DNA of 15,624 nucleotides from a bacterium. Lineage in GTDB: Bacteria > Methylomirabilota > Methylomirabilia > CAVQYV01. Below, one piece after another: positions 15,473 through 15,624 of this stretch. The stretch spans positions 1 through 15,624 of the forward strand of contig JAZDMQ010000053.1 of NCBI GenBank assembly GCA_043800755.1. Reading direction: 5' to 3'. The position numbers and the translations under genes are program-made. The notes beneath the pieces were generated by a model that saw only the letters and a list, made by a program, of their open reading frames with translations, made no database searches and was not told where the DNA came from. Each line of letters begins with the position of its first letter. Positions within the stretch are counted from its first letter, which is position 1.

Positions 15473-15502
15473 TTGACAAACCCCGGGGAAATCCATTATA
15501 TA
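15473..15502 (+). promoter_or_regulatory. Putative sigma70 promoter driving the M-box leader
   Basis: TTGACA at 15473-15478 and an AT-rich -10 region (TTATATA, 15496-15502) about 10 nt before the riboswitch. Confidence 0.65.
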
Positions 15503-15509
15503 AAAAATG

Positions 15510-15624
15510 TCCTCGTTAGGTGAGGCTACCCCACGAATGCAGGCCACTGCCCGGAAACGTCCAGAGACGCCAATGGGTAGAGCAGGCATCATCGGAATAA
15601 GGTTTTGCCTAAGGTGGCTCGGGA
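15510..15624 (+). ncRNA. M-box (ykoK leader) Mg2+-sensing riboswitch aptamer, 3'-truncated by the window
   Basis: Recognised conserved blocks TCGTTAGGTGAGGCT, CTGCCC…AAAyGTC…GACGCCAATGGGT, ATCG…ATAAGGT. Nested pairings are visible: GCCAC 15543-47/GTGGC 15614-18, TGCCC 15548-52/GGGTA 15575-79, CGTC 15558-61/GACG 15566-69, AGGCA 15584-88/TGCCT 15606-10. Confidence 0.9.

Noticed and set aside
1-15624. CRISPR arrays, tRNA/rRNA genes, IS elements, integrases
   Set aside because: None seen; nearly all sequence is accounted for by intact CDSs and intergenic gaps are short.

Overview
GC-rich bacterial window with a diderm-type gene set (TolC, LolA, RND pump). All credible CDSs lie on the minus strand, in two blocks. 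(1) 15417->5943 is a 10-gene, mostly translationally coupled string: Mut7-C/PIN RNase, fmt, DUF116, rsmB, kinase-less PASTA protein, rpe, then an accessory cassette of B12-binding radical SAM, LolA-like carrier, secreted CE4 polysaccharide deacetylase and a second B12-binding radical SAM. (2) 5873->1 is a BlaI/MecI/CopY-family repressor and a BlaR1-like M56 membrane metalloprotease, followed by a CzcCBA/CusCBA-like efflux system (OMF, MFP, RND permease running off the window). A perfect 19-bp palindrome covering a TTGACA -35 box lies upstream of block 2. At the right end a divergent plus-strand promoter precedes a truncated M-box (ykoK) Mg2+ riboswitch. The best candidate for an undescribed system is block 2: the M56 protease has no penicillin-binding domain but has a His/Cys-rich outside loop, suggesting metal sensing by regulated proteolysis that controls an RND pump whose MFP has a symmetrically duplicated, elongated hairpin. 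Family calls are by motif recognition only; no searches were run.
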